Part shown: piece after piece, positions 52,328-64,000 of the stretch
How the letters are laid out: each line of letters opens with the position of its first letter
Position numbering within the stretch: position 1 is the first letter of the stretch
Assembly: GCA_965655095.1 (NCBI GenBank)
Contig: OZ296651.1
Location: 26,412,001-26,476,000, forward strand
Direction: 5' to 3'
Origin: Haplodiscus bocki
Taxonomy: Eukaryota
DNA length: 64,000 bases
Position numbers and translations under genes: made by a program
Notes under the pieces: generated by a model
The model's database searches: none
Told to the model about the DNA's origin: nothing
What the model saw: only the letters and a program-made list of their open reading frames with translations

Positions 52328-55300
52328 CTAAATTTTAAATGCGAGAAGTCTATACATATATACAATTAAACTGTTATTGATATCCCCCTTGGAAAACTGG
52401 GAAATTACGGAGATCACGACTACCTCTTCTTGCACCCGACTTCTCAAAACTCTTCTCGAGAGCATCTTCAAATGAAGGACGGCTAGCAGACAAACTTTCA
52501 ACAGAAAACTGTTTTTTTTCGCAGCATCAGGACTCACTGGCACTCGCCCCTTCTTACTTTTCCGGAGACTTGACACAGCTCGACTGCAACAAAGGAGACC
52601 GAGCTTATCATGCTCTTCAACATATTGCAGATCTCCTATATCAACGATATCAGAGATGCCGATGGTTTTGCAAGTTGCAGCCTCACCAACAGCTGATGAT
52701 GCAACAGTTTCTGCACCAAACCAACGCTCCCGTGTATCTTTTACCGCCTTCCTTCGTGATACAATTTTCTCTCGGCATGACTTTATATCTGCAATTACGG
52801 GGCCAGCCTCTACACCAATTGCTCCCCAAGGGTCAAATTTGGATTTGTTCCGAACAGCTTCTGCGGCAGTAATGGCAGTGTTCAGCATGCTGACCCCGGC
52901 CTCGAAGAAAAAGTTCCACTGCGTGAACAAAGTCCTACACACATGCCATTGCACCTTTCACTTTCTCATGACTGGTTGCAACCCCATTGAGAGACACAGT
53001 AAGGAAGGGATGCAACTCTGAGGGACCCTTCACCACTAATGCTGTCAACTGAACAATCTGAGAACAGCACATGTGTTAAATCATGAGAACATCGAGATGA
53101 TTTTAAAGCACCATATTACTAACTTTGTGCAAATTCCGCCGAGAACGGAAGCCAGGCTGGTTGAGAACGCAAAGACGTTATTGATTAGCACACGAGACCT
53201 ATTGCCACTTAATTCCAACTGTCACTGCTCGTGGACTAAAGAGTGGAATTTAGCCCTTGCATGTTCAATTTCTGACCCCCGAACCGAGCCAAGCTCAAAC
53301 AGCCCATCCAGAATTTGCCCGAAGAGATGGAAAGCTGAATAGTCATCACCTCCAATGAAAATTTCAGAACAAAAACAGCTCAGTCCTTGCCCAACCTCAA
53401 AGAAGCACGACAGTCTCTGCGGAACTCTTTTGGGAGGAAACTGCTGTTTTTTTCAAGGGACGATAACAGACGGGTCATTTCCAAGAAATGCTCCTGTGCA
53501 ATTGCTCCAAAGCACGAATGATTTGGGAGCATGTACGCCTCCCATTTGTCTATCACGGGCGGCTCGCTACTCCGTGTCAGTTTTTGCAATAAACAATACA
53601 CAAATCGGAAGAGCTCCCCAAATGCCAGATAGCCAACATCGGCACGCCCAAGATCCAATTCGGAGAAATTGTGTGCAACTAAAACAACGCACACAATGAC
53701 CAGAGGATTATGGAACCTAGAAACTCCCGCCCACCCCTACAAGCAGACTACCAAATGAGGCTCAAAACCAGGAATGATACAGAAAATTTCCTAGTTTGCC
53801 TGAAATGAGGAATAAACCAGGAGTGCTACTAGAAATTCCTAGTTTATCTTGATTGAAAACTAACAAGGATCACATCCACAAAGACGGTACAAAGCCTAGC
53901 AATCGCTCAGGAAACCATGAAAGTACCGCAACTCCCAAAAACGCTCATTAAACGGGTATGAAAGTGGATACTTCTTGATTCAGCCCAGTTTCCCAAAATG
54001 AGGAAAAACGAAGAATGGTGCCACAAGTTTCCTAGAAAATCCTACCGATTTTCTGGAATGTATACGTACCAACGTGAACCAGATGAGGAATATGCGAGAA
54101 GCTGGACTTACAGATCTGGAGAAACTTTTGGAACAGGCGTAATTTGCTTCTTGCCATCTAGTCAATATAAAAATAGCCATCCATTCCCATCTTCTAAAAG
54201 AAAACAGCGAGATGAAGGCGTGAAAGAAAATGCAACTTAATTAAAAGCGGAAAATGCATTCAAACGCGTGACAATAAAATCGGTCATCGAGAAGGGATCC
54301 AAGGATCCAAAGACGGAAGGAGACACTTTTTGCAGACATCGTTTCAGGACACGCAGATCGAACACTGGGTACTCTACTAGCTTGCGGCTGTACTCACTTC
54401 CCAAATATTCGCCGTAAGTGTCGGTCAAGACAAGCGACACACCAGAAACTGCAACGAGGGACGCCGAACCACGCACAGCAGTCACAACCGACCCGAGCAG
54501 TGACAACTCGTATGTGGCATCAACGGAGAAGCGGTCTGTAACGGCCACGGCAACCCGACGGGAAGTGTCCTTCTCCCACGTGCGCATGAAGGCCCACAAT
54601 GACACACCACGCTCCTTGAGTTCAAGGCTGTAAAAATGGTGAGCCTTAGCCCAACCAACCACGTGAGACAGAATTTGGGGCGGCATTCCAACAACGATGA
54701 TTGACTAAAAGCAAAACAACAATGTAAATCGGGAATGTAATGAAGTGATTCCCGAATTTTACGGAACTTACCAAAACTTCGTCAAAAGTCCAGACTACTT
54801 CAGTATTGACTGGCCCGGCGGTTAGCACGAACCCTGCCCACAGCTTCTCAATCAGTTCATTGCTGCCTCTCTTCCTCAGCGCATCCACCAAGCACGACAC
54901 TTTTGTCAGAACAGGCAACTGATGGTCAACGGCACCAGCTTCATCGGTGATCAAGTCTTCTGCAAACGGATGCTCACGATCACGTACCATAAGAGGACCT
55001 TTTCTGATCTTCTCCCTCTGACGCTCCAGTTCATCCTCACTTGATGGATTTCCGTGGAAATCCAGCACGCGCTAACCAGGTGTTTCCAGACGCCAGCGGT
55101 TATCACGGGCAAAGTGACGACTACTTCGGAAAGGCTCCAACACTTCATGATGTCCATGTGTGAGCACAGAGTCATTCATCCGGCACACCGGACAGTAAAA
55201 ATGGCTTGGTATATTGTCAGCATCTGATGATATTGTCACAAAGAACCTGCCAAACTCGGTGGCCGCGTGCACTTTCTTCATCCGGAAAGTCTTCTTGGAA

Positions 55301-56639
55301 AAAATTTTCCGGCGCCCTATGCTCGTGTTTGTCTCATCTCCACTGGTTTCCCAGATCTCAACTCTCTGTGGACTTTGCAATCGCCCTTGCTTTAACCTGT
55401 CTAGCACCTTATTCAGTTCTGTCAACATAAAGGCGTATTTTGTACACCAAACACAAAAACTGTTGAACCCGATTGAGGCCAAAAATACTAACTATTCATT
55501 AAGGGAGACAGCAGTTGTGCTTTCTCCTCCTCACAAATGGACCGACACAAGGACACCATCTGATGACCAGTGGCAGGAATCACAGTGGCAGCAGGATCGT
55601 TGACGAACTGATCTAAAAGTCAAAAATGAGGTAAAAATTTGGAGTCAACATGAAACAATACTAGTAAATTCCTCATTTGAACAAAATATTACCATCATCA
55701 TACGCCCGCTCCAACAACTCCCGGCTCCGACCTCGACTGTGGACAGACTCAGGGATATCATGCTGGGGACCCCAGCCAACGGTACCAGGCTCCTGGCAAC
55801 AACAATGTGACGCCCCTCAACTGCCCATCAGTCTCCACGCCGGCAGATACATCTTCATTTCCGGAAACTCCCGGAATCGTTTCGGCATCACCTGGAAACA
55901 GATGGGAAATGAGCCACTGATATGACCAAAAAAAGCTGCAATGTAGAATAGAGAGCAACCAACTCTCATGAACAGCCGTGAGAGGACTCTTTGGAACGCG
56001 CTTGGACCGACTCTTCTTCTCAGCTTCTTCCTCTGAAGTCGGCGCGCCAACCTCAAACTCGGAAACAGATACGTGTGTTCGAGGCAATCCAGGTTCAGTT
56101 GAGAGAACCACTGGTTCTCCAGAGCGATCATACATTAAAATACAACAGCCTCACGAAGTAATCTCCATGTTCCAGCGCGCGCAGCACAAATAGCCTAATA
56201 GAATTCAATGATAGGCCAGCAGAGAAATTCTAATAGCAAGGCAAATGGTAAATGTCAAAGAGTCGAAAACTCACATTGTTGAAGGTGAGCGGTGTCAACG
56301 ACACCCTCGGACACATTCTCTTTCGCAAGTCTCTTTCCAAGAATATCTGAGAGCGTGAATCCCTCAGACTAGTACCAGAGACCCCAACCTCGTCAACGCC
56401 ACCAGCAACATCAACGTCCTGTTCTTCGTCCTTCGCATCTGCCTCAGTGCCAGCTTCTGTCTCGCACACACCGCCTACTTCATCTGGACCTTCCACAGGA
56501 CTCTACTCGCCTCTCTCTCCAGCAACTTTCTCTTCGGGTTCATCAGAGGGGAAGGGGAAACAGCAGCTTGAACACCTGAGATACTGTCCGCTTAGCAGGA
56601 ACTAATCTCTTCAAGCAAGATGACGCTTTTTTCTGACAT
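52328..56639 (-). pseudogene. Antisense multi-exon accessory gene(s), probably hAT-transposase derived (Zn finger plus inactive RNase-H-like core)
   Basis: HFYCPVCRMNDSVLTHGHHEVL...SSRHF zinc finger (ORF 55072-55482). A 67-bp GT-AG intron at 54705-54771 joins DEVL|SIIVVG in phase 0. FYSLELKE...FMRTW and LVAVSG resemble hAT core strands without the Asp residues. Donor GTGAGT at 56274. Confidence 0.6.
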
Positions 56640-57053
56640 ATTTCCAGTTCAATTCGAAGAACGTGGTTAATAAGCTATATCATGGTGGATTTATAATTTC
56701 ATTCATGAAATTCATTGTTGTTTTAATTTTTACTATCACCGATTTGCCTGCCAGCAATGATGTCATCACAAAATTTTCAAGGACATATTGCGGAAAGAGA
56801 CTAAATTTTTATCAATTTTTTAAAACAACTTCATTCCTTGATTTGTTTACAATTCTTCATCTTCAGTTATACCGTCAACAACTCGACTTCAGCAATTAGA
56901 AAGCTCCCGCGGGAATTTCAAAGCATTTCTTTGGCTTCAAACGCGGGAACTTCAAAAGAATAACTTTTGTTTATATCGTCAATTCTTCAAGTAACTTCAT
57001 CAAACGTAGCAGCTCATCTTATCTCTCAAACTTCCTTGTCTTTAACAATCGCG

Positions 57054-57902
57054 ATGGCAATCCAGGCTCAGTTGAAAGAACCACTGGTTCTCCAGAGCGA
57101 TCATATATTAAAACACAACAGCCTCACGAAGTCATCTCCATGTTCCAGCGCGCGGAGCACAAATAGCGCAGCACTTCTTTCTTTGGATTTTTCATCCACA
57201 GAATTGGATGTTTTCTATGTGGAGCGCTCCTCAGAAAAAAGTAATCCGGCTCGAAATATCACTCCGTCCGTGCTCAATTCAACACAATTATCAGGGGCAA
57301 TGGCTAGGGAGACAATTACTATCTCATACGTCGCCTCGCTGGATCCACAGATCATCACAATTGATTCGGATTCCAATGAACCCACAATTCCATATGGGTT
57401 TGGCAGTCAACATCCAATTGTGTCTCCCAACCTCAGTGATCTCAACTTGCCTCCCAACCCATTTAATGTTTTGGCTACTATGGCCGCGATTCGAGCGGAT
57501 GAAGAGTACAGCCCCCAATCACCGGAGCCATCCATCTTGTCTTCAATTTCGATGCCCCCAGTGAATGTGAGTACCATTGAAGGCTAGGAGACAACACACA
57601 CAACAACGGACGACGCTACATTTTATACTGACGATGAGCCCAGACGAGTCTATTCGGATATTTCTTCAACCGACACCTTTGACTCCAATGAGCCAGGAAA
57701 CGTATCTATCGCTCCGAGCCCTTCCGCCACACCACCACCTCCACGAAGACAAAAAAGGAAGCTGAGCATGGGAAAGTCTTTTCCCAAAAGGGCGGAGTGT
57801 CGCAGCACACCTGCGAGGCATGAGGCCGGCCCCTACCAGCCAAAAAGACACTGTAACGCTCAGGGAAAACTCAAACAATACATACCTTTATTCAAACTCT
57901 AA
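57054..57902 (+). pseudogene. Sense accessory ORF C: disordered S/T/P-rich protein with SIM-like and NLS-like motifs, running across the PPT into the 3' LTR
   Basis: 283 codons in one frame with a single internal TAG (57585-7); IITIDSDS; PPPPRRQKRK; terminal TAA at 57900-2 inside the LTR. Confidence 0.6.
57786..57797 (+). promoter_or_regulatory. Polypurine tract
   Basis: AAAAGGGCGGAG directly before the LTR TG at 57798. Confidence 0.85.
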
Positions 57903-59529
57903 CTATCACAATAACATGTTTTTCTAACTGTTGTACATAAATACGGATACGTATATAATACGTATCCCTACCAATGCACAAAGACATGGGTACGTATTTA
58001 TGCGGAACCAAACTGATTCGGACTAGAACGGAACCACTAGGGAATAAACAAATATTCATAGGGTATAATTAACATAAAAGGTGCCATTTTTATATTATTA
58101 TATTTATTTCTCTAGTAAATATAAATCCACATCTTTTCAATGAAATCTGACAGTTTGATTGATTGCAAAAATTGCAGTTTAATTGGAAATTACGATTAAA
58201 TCGATGCTATAAGCACAACAACTGATTTCAGGTGTATTGACTCTCAGAGTGAATATTGGTTCTGTACGTGTTCCGTCGCCACTAGTCTGGTAACGTCACT
58301 ATTACTACTCTTACTAAACCCGTGCTGTAGTGAATACGGAATGATTCCGGAATCAATCCTCGTTTGGGCAGATACTACCACAACTATTAGTGAATACGGA
58401 AATATCCGGAAACCACTAGTTGCTACTCGTACGAATGAGGAGTAAACTAGTATTGCTACTAGTTTCTCCTCATTTCCAAAGAGTAAAGACTAATGAACCT
58501 TTACTAATAATGATGAAGTGACCACCAGGGTGATGATTTTTTATATTTTTCATCTTATCCACACATTTAAAGTCATGCATTTTCTATTTTTGATTTTATT
58601 TTATTTTATTTCACTTCTCTAACTAAAAAAATACTTTTCCTTTTTCCATTTAGGGAATATACTTTTCTATACTTTAAAAAAACGTCGGCGCGGGAATAAA
58701 CACTTTGATGTCCATCTCTGACGGATTAGTTCCGTCCATTTTCTGTCGACTTATGGAAGAGGCGCGTCCCATGAGGGAAGAGATGGATGCAAAAGTTGTT
58801 TTTTTTTCCCACCAGAGTCGCCATTTTCCAACTTTGAAGCTATATTTTATAAAATACGTTTCCCTATTTGTACCTTGACTTGGCGTGTAAACAATTGTGT
58901 TTCCCGCCATGAAACGGTATAAATAGGATAAATGAAAGTACAAATTTAGAACTTTGAGAAACTTTCCAGAATCTTATACTCTTAAACTTGTGTACTGTTG
59001 TACTGACGATATTAACCAGTATTGATTCATTTTTATTTCCGCTGCTGAAAACTGTAAACACCAATTTCCTTTTCCCGTCAAGAAAACACAATCAGTTATT
59101 TATCACTGAAAAACACTTTTCCTGCAGAAATGGCAACTCGAAACAAAAGGAAACTGACCAGCTCAAACAAAGAAAACTGTGAGGACCGTACTAGGAGCAA
59201 TTTGGCACAAAACTCAAATGCTTTCAGATCACAGGACGACCATATAAATGAAATTTTTGAAGAAACTGAGGGAAGAGTCACTAAAAAGTTTTCCCAAGGG
59301 TTTAGCAGAACGGAAAACCGCATAGTAGGTGCATTAGCACGTCTTGATGACTTCCTCATGAACCCGCTAATTCAGGGCCGCTCCGGAGCGGCTCCGGAGA
59401 CGTCCCGGAACATATTTAGTAAAAGCCAGGGAACGAGTGAGGACAACTCCTGGAGTAACCCTAATCCTGAAGCAGGCATCTTCAACCACCAGTTGACACA
59501 AAAATCTGGCCCAGGAGACGGCCACGACA
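57798..59529 (+). repeat. 3' LTR (1732 bp), containing open 133-codon gag start from 59130
   Basis: Direct repeat of the 5' LTR; followed by TSD GTTTC. Confidence 0.9.
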
Positions 59530-60521
59530 GTTTCATTTAGGTTGCCACTTTAGGTGGTCGTTGTATTACATAAATTTCAGTCACGAGTTTTTTTCCCATT
59601 AGGTGAATCCTCTGCAGCGAAAATATTAGCGAAAAGAATGACTAGTTTGAATGGCATTGTTCTCGTTCAGTGCAAACTGTGTAAATTGCAGCTTAGGGTA
59701 GAGAACTTCGATTGTTTTAGGTATGCCTTAATTGATTTGTTAGGTGTTTTTACGTTGCTTGTGGGTACTGATTCAATCATTACACCAGCCTTTCTCAGCA
59801 AGTGTTCGATATCGACTCCCGTACTGGAGAAAAAAGTGTAGTCTCTTTGGTAAAAGTATGCTCGTCAATTGGAGACTAAAACGTAATTTTTTCTGCAGAA
59901 GTTTGAATAAAAGATCAGCCGTCACGTTTGAGAGTAAAGAGGGGACATGTTCCCCAACTTCAGATTGATTCTTCTATGAGGAACTTTGACCCTAAGTACT
60001 GCGCGCCAAAATAAAATAAATGGCGATCATTTGTTTCACGGCCAATTTGAAATGATTGGGCACCACTTTTTTGCTCTTCAACTGTGATGAGTTTTATGAC
60101 TGAAAACATCAAAATGTTTAGAACGTTCTGATCTGGAAACATAAAGCACTGAAAATCCATCAAGAACTGGGCTCAGAGTGGCACAAAATGCAGGTCCAAA
60201 AACTTCTACGAAGCTTGGTGTTTGGTAACGAAGTCTGATGAAATCAATGCTTACACCTCAAGAACTCAAGAAGTTTTAATCAATACCTTTAGTATATGGT
60301 TGAAAAAGTTGGGAGCTTGTGCTTCGAGTTATTTTTCCGTCTGAATTTGAGCTCGTGGGAAAGTATCTGAATTTATTGGGTTTGAAAGAGTGAGATAAAA
60401 TTGATGCAATTTAAGTTTTATTTTGAAAGAACTTGGCTGGCTGAAAAAGTCTGTGATACTGTGGGATGAAGTGAAGCACATGTTTTTATTTGAGGTTTTG
60501 ATGGGTTTGTTAAAAGAGGTA

Positions 60522-61794
60522 TAGTGGTGAGCGAAAAAAATGTCGCTTTTACAAAAAGGGTTACTGTGAATCTTTGAACCGACGAATGTTCTTGATATTC
60601 ACACAATATATAGACATGGAACTTCTCTTTCAAAACATGTAACATTTATTCTCTCGTGTGTAGCTGCTGAGAAGCAGAACACGTAAAGTTTGTTCACGAT
60701 TTCGTGAAAACATGCAGAAGCAGCGAGATATTCTTGAATTATGCTTCAATGAGTTAACTCATGATCGGAACACCTTACGAAACTTATCAAGTATGGCCCC
60801 AGGAACATTTCAGCGAAACATAAAAAAGCTCGAAAACGGAGAAAGACTGGGACGGAAGGTTGGATCTGGACGACCGAGGATGTTTTCAGACTTCGAAAGG
60901 CAAAAAATCTGTGAATTTGCTCGCAGTAATCCGCTTTCATCATCCTCAAAACTCTCGCAGAATGTGGCTCAGGAAACTGGAAAGACAGCGCATCGGACTA
61001 CGGTAGCAGAATACTTATTCTCATCAGGATATGTGCAAAAATTGCCAAAAATTGTGCCAGAACTTAATGAAGTGCAAAAACAGAAGAGAAAAACCTTCTC
61101 AAGGGACTGGGTGGAATACAGTTTCGAAGACGTTTTTCTCACTGATGAAAGCGTTTTCCAACTTCACCGAAATACCATAAAAGTTTGGTGCTTAAAAGAC
61201 GAAAAACCCAAAAAACCTCGTCCAAAGTTTTGCCAAAAAGTTATGGTATGGGGTGCACTCAGCTTAAGAGGTTTTTACCTGAAACTCATTGAAGGCGGGA
61301 CTGTCAATGCAGAAAAGTATTGCCAAATTGTGGATGAGTTTATTCCTTACGCAAACCGTCTGTATCCTGAAGGCTGGATCCTTGAGCAAGACGGTGCGAC
61401 ACCTCACACCGCCAGAAAAACGATGGAATTTTTTGAAGAAAAAAATCTTCAATTTCTGCAGTGGCCTCCCAATTCCCCAGACGTAAATCCCATAGAAAAC
61501 GTCTGGGAAATATTGAAAAATGCAGTTGAGCAAAAAATCCAAAAACCAAGCAAGAACTGATTGAAGCAATACAGAATTCCAAAAGTGTCATCACGAGGGA
61601 AATCAGAGAAAATTTGATGAATTCTGTTGGAAAGCGTCTAAAGTCCTGTAAAAGATTACAAGGAGAATTAATCTAAAGCAAATCGAGAGACGATATATCG
61701 TTCTGTTGCTCTGTTAAAAAATCTGTTCTTTGTTTGCTTTTGATTTGGAGAAAAAAGAGAATTTTCAATGCGACATTTTTTTCGCTCACCACTA
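60522..61794 (+). mobile_element. Tc1/mariner DNA transposon, 1273 bp
   Basis: Perfect 25-bp TIRs TAGTGGTGAGCGAAAAAAATGTCGC; TA target duplication at 60520-1 and 61795-6. Confidence 0.95.
60712..61676 (+). CDS. Tc1-family DD34E transposase (one frameshift in an A-run near 61533)
   Basis: GSGRPR, HTH, FLTDES, VMVWG, EQDGATPH, WPPNSPDVNPIENVW; 34 residues between the second D and E. The alternative frame continues NPKTKQELIEAI...RLKSC..GELI* to 61676. Confidence 0.93.
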
Positions 61795-63136
61795 TAGATT
61801 GACGATTTTTGCTTCTATAATTGCAAGATAGTTTGTCTGATTTTGTTGATGGGTTTTTAATATTTGTATATATTGTGCTCAGTGCTGACGTGTTTGCAGT
61901 TGCAGGTTGTGCGCTGCTTTGTATTGACGGGAGGGATTGGAATAGAATGTTTGGAGAGACTAAAGTATGTGGAGTGTACGGAACAGGTCGGACATACTGG
62001 TGTAAATCAAACTTGAAGAAGCAAGAGGAAGCTACAAATTTTTTCAAGACGTAAAATTGGATGAGATTGTAGTCGTTGAGGGAATTTTTTGGCTGAGGAT
62101 TGCTAAGAGTAAGTTTTGGTAATGAGTAAGTTCTGTTCGCTGGAGAACCGCCGGATTTTGACCAATACTAGCTGTTTCTTGTGTCGAACTCAATATTTAG
62201 ACTTGAACTTGAAAAAAGCAGCTTATATAGATGGAGCTTCTAACGTACTTGGTGAAATATTTTGCAATGGCGTGTATTCTCTCGGAACTGAGATAGTTGG
62301 ACACTGATATTTGAAAAAATACCTACAGTTGCTTAATTTTTGATTGTTTGCACAAAATTTTCCGGTGACTTTGTTGATTTTGGATGATCCAGGTGTGCAG
62401 TGGTCTACTTAGGTTCACCATTAGCGTAGTGTTAAGATTGTGGAGTAGCTTCCCAAAGAGTCAAAAGATTGATTTGAATTGTTCGTACTTCGAAAATCCT
62501 GTCGTCGTCTCGAAGTCAAGAAGCGGTAACTACATCGAATTTTTCCTTGGAAGAACTTAGTTTCATATCAATCAGTTTAATCTATTGATAAGTTCGGGTA
62601 GCATCTGGAAAAATTGTATTGGAAATGTTTGAGGTGATGTTGACGATTTATGAAACAAGAAAAAGCATTGTGTTCACTTTCAAGAAGTAGAGCTTTCATA
62701 CTGCTGATGAAAAGCTTTTTAAAAAAACTGTGAAACATTCGAAGACTTCACTGTTTGGTGTCTTTGATAAAGTTTTCAAATGAAAGCCACATGAAATTGG
62801 TCCTAATTCTCTACTTTGAGCACTCTTGAGAACAGAATTGATGAGAACCAGTTGATTGTTCAACTGACTTATGAAAAGAGTTATCGGAGAAAAAATGGAA
62901 GAAAAATAAATAAATAGGCTACAGGTAGGAGAGAAATTTCGAGCCACAGGTTGATGACAACTTTCGATCCCTACTTGAAGTGAAGGTGGAGTGGTTTTCT
63001 TCAAGGGACGTTTCAACAAAAGGGGAAGATTAGGTTGGAGATAATGGTCGCAAAAGCATAGGATATCAACGTCCGTGAACGAAGTGTGAAGATATTGACC
63101 GGATAGCAGAGTTCTACTCTCGCGTTATTCAAAGTA

Positions 63137-63933
63137 TAGAACACTTTTTCTTCAAAGTAGGTGTGTGCCTAAACTAGACAACAGTAGGCAGAAAACTAAA
63201 ATATGAAGACCCAGAACTGACTCTTGACGTTATGTCAAAGCAATCAAAATCATACTGATTCAAACTCATACACGAGAGGATACCAAAGATTGCCTAAATT
63301 GAGAAAAATACATAAGAGTGAAGAAGTTGCAGAAATTGACAGAACATGGGTGACTAAAATTTTTGTGAATTATTGGAAGAGTCCAAGCAAATGTTGTAAA
63401 AGTGGTGAAAGTGAATGTTAAAATGGTTGGGAAGCAGGAAAATCTTTGTCAAAAAACTGGAATTGGAAGTTTAGGTAATTTTGTTTGTTTAAATGTGGAT
63501 CGATTTTGAATAGAAAATTATATAGTAAAAACTTTTTTCTTTCTAACGCTGTTGGATAGGAGGTGTAAACGAAGGCCTGAAAAAGTTGGATGGAAGCTCA
63601 GTGAAGGCCTGACAGGACTGATGGATAGAAACCTTAGAGAAGATGAGACAATAATTGCAGGACAGAGGGGAGTGTTTTGAGGAAGCAGAATTTGCCAAAA
63701 AAAATTGAGTTTCACTTCGTTTTCAATTCGAGATATCAGAGCAAAAACGATGCATGTATTTAAAAGGAGGTTGAGAAGAATTGTGAAGAAAAAAACAGTG
63801 AAACAACGAGATTGAAAAACGTAGCAATTTTGCAATGAGTTCAAAGACGGGAAATCAAGGCAGAGAAACTCCATAGTGGCACCAGTTGTGGTCTAATTTA
63901 GGCACACACCTACTTTGAAGAAAAAATGTTCTA
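63137..63933. mobile_element. MITE with ~43-bp terminal inverted repeats
   Basis: TAGAACACTTTTTCTTCAAAGTAGGTGTGTGCCTAAACTAGAC at 63137 versus its reverse complement at ~63891-63933 (2 mismatches). The terminal TA may be the TSD. Confidence 0.8.
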
Positions 63934-64000
63934 AGTTGGGGTGATAAGTTGGAAAACATTTTGCAAAACAAGGATTGTTATCTTGTTTAGAACAATTCAG

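Larger units (their letters stand above)
48937..59529 (+). mobile_element. Ty3/Gypsy-type LTR retrotransposon copy 2, internally deleted, with accessory cassette
   Basis: LTRs 48937-50669 and 57798-59529 (TGTCG...CGACA), 5-bp TSD GTTTC (48932-6 and 59530-4), PBS at 50902, PPT at 57786, gag capsid motifs and pol tail. Confidence 0.92.
59747..63100 (-). mobile_element. Old decayed LINE-like sequence hosting the Tc1 insertion (probably continuous with ~47500-48930)
   Basis: Weak APE/RT-like remnants on the minus strand (TPG..I near 62390, TF....V.INL near 62960). No open frame. Confidence 0.3.

Noticed and set aside
52328-56639. Independent nested hAT transposon or env gene
   Set aside because: No TIRs or 8-bp TSD were seen, and it occupies the same position in two diverged LTR copies. 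It is antisense with no obvious signal peptide or TM anchor, so it is not env-like.

Overview
AT-rich eukaryotic (probably invertebrate animal) genomic window made almost entirely of mobile DNA. (1) 1-21360 is a decayed endogenous Polinton/Maverick (adintovirus-like) region. It has three head-to-tail pseudogenised protein-primed family-B DNA polymerase (pPolB) copies, then HTH, adenain-like protease, two probable minor-capsid, membrane-protein and major-capsid remnants. A second, convergent pPolB C-terminus runs into a (TA)n tract and a 200-N assembly gap. (2) A palindrome-rich MITE (23154-24079) lies just before one exon of an atypical Rac/Cdc42-like Rho GTPase with P-loop GDREVGKT. (3) Two copies of a large Ty3/Gypsy-type LTR retrotransposon family occur at 24750-~30690 (-) and 48937-59529 (+, TSD GTTTC). 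Their ~1.7-kb LTRs (TGTCG...CGACA) are coding at both ends. Between pol and the 3' LTR they carry an accessory cassette: an antisense, spliced gene that looks like a catalytically dead hAT transposase, plus a divergent sense-strand cargo slot. The slot holds a disordered SIM/NLS ORF in one copy and an intronless, captured host eIF5B fragment in the other. (4) Old LINE and Gypsy debris, a young DD34E Tc1 element (60522-61794) and another MITE make up the rest. All protein assignments come from motif recognition by eye; no database searches were run.
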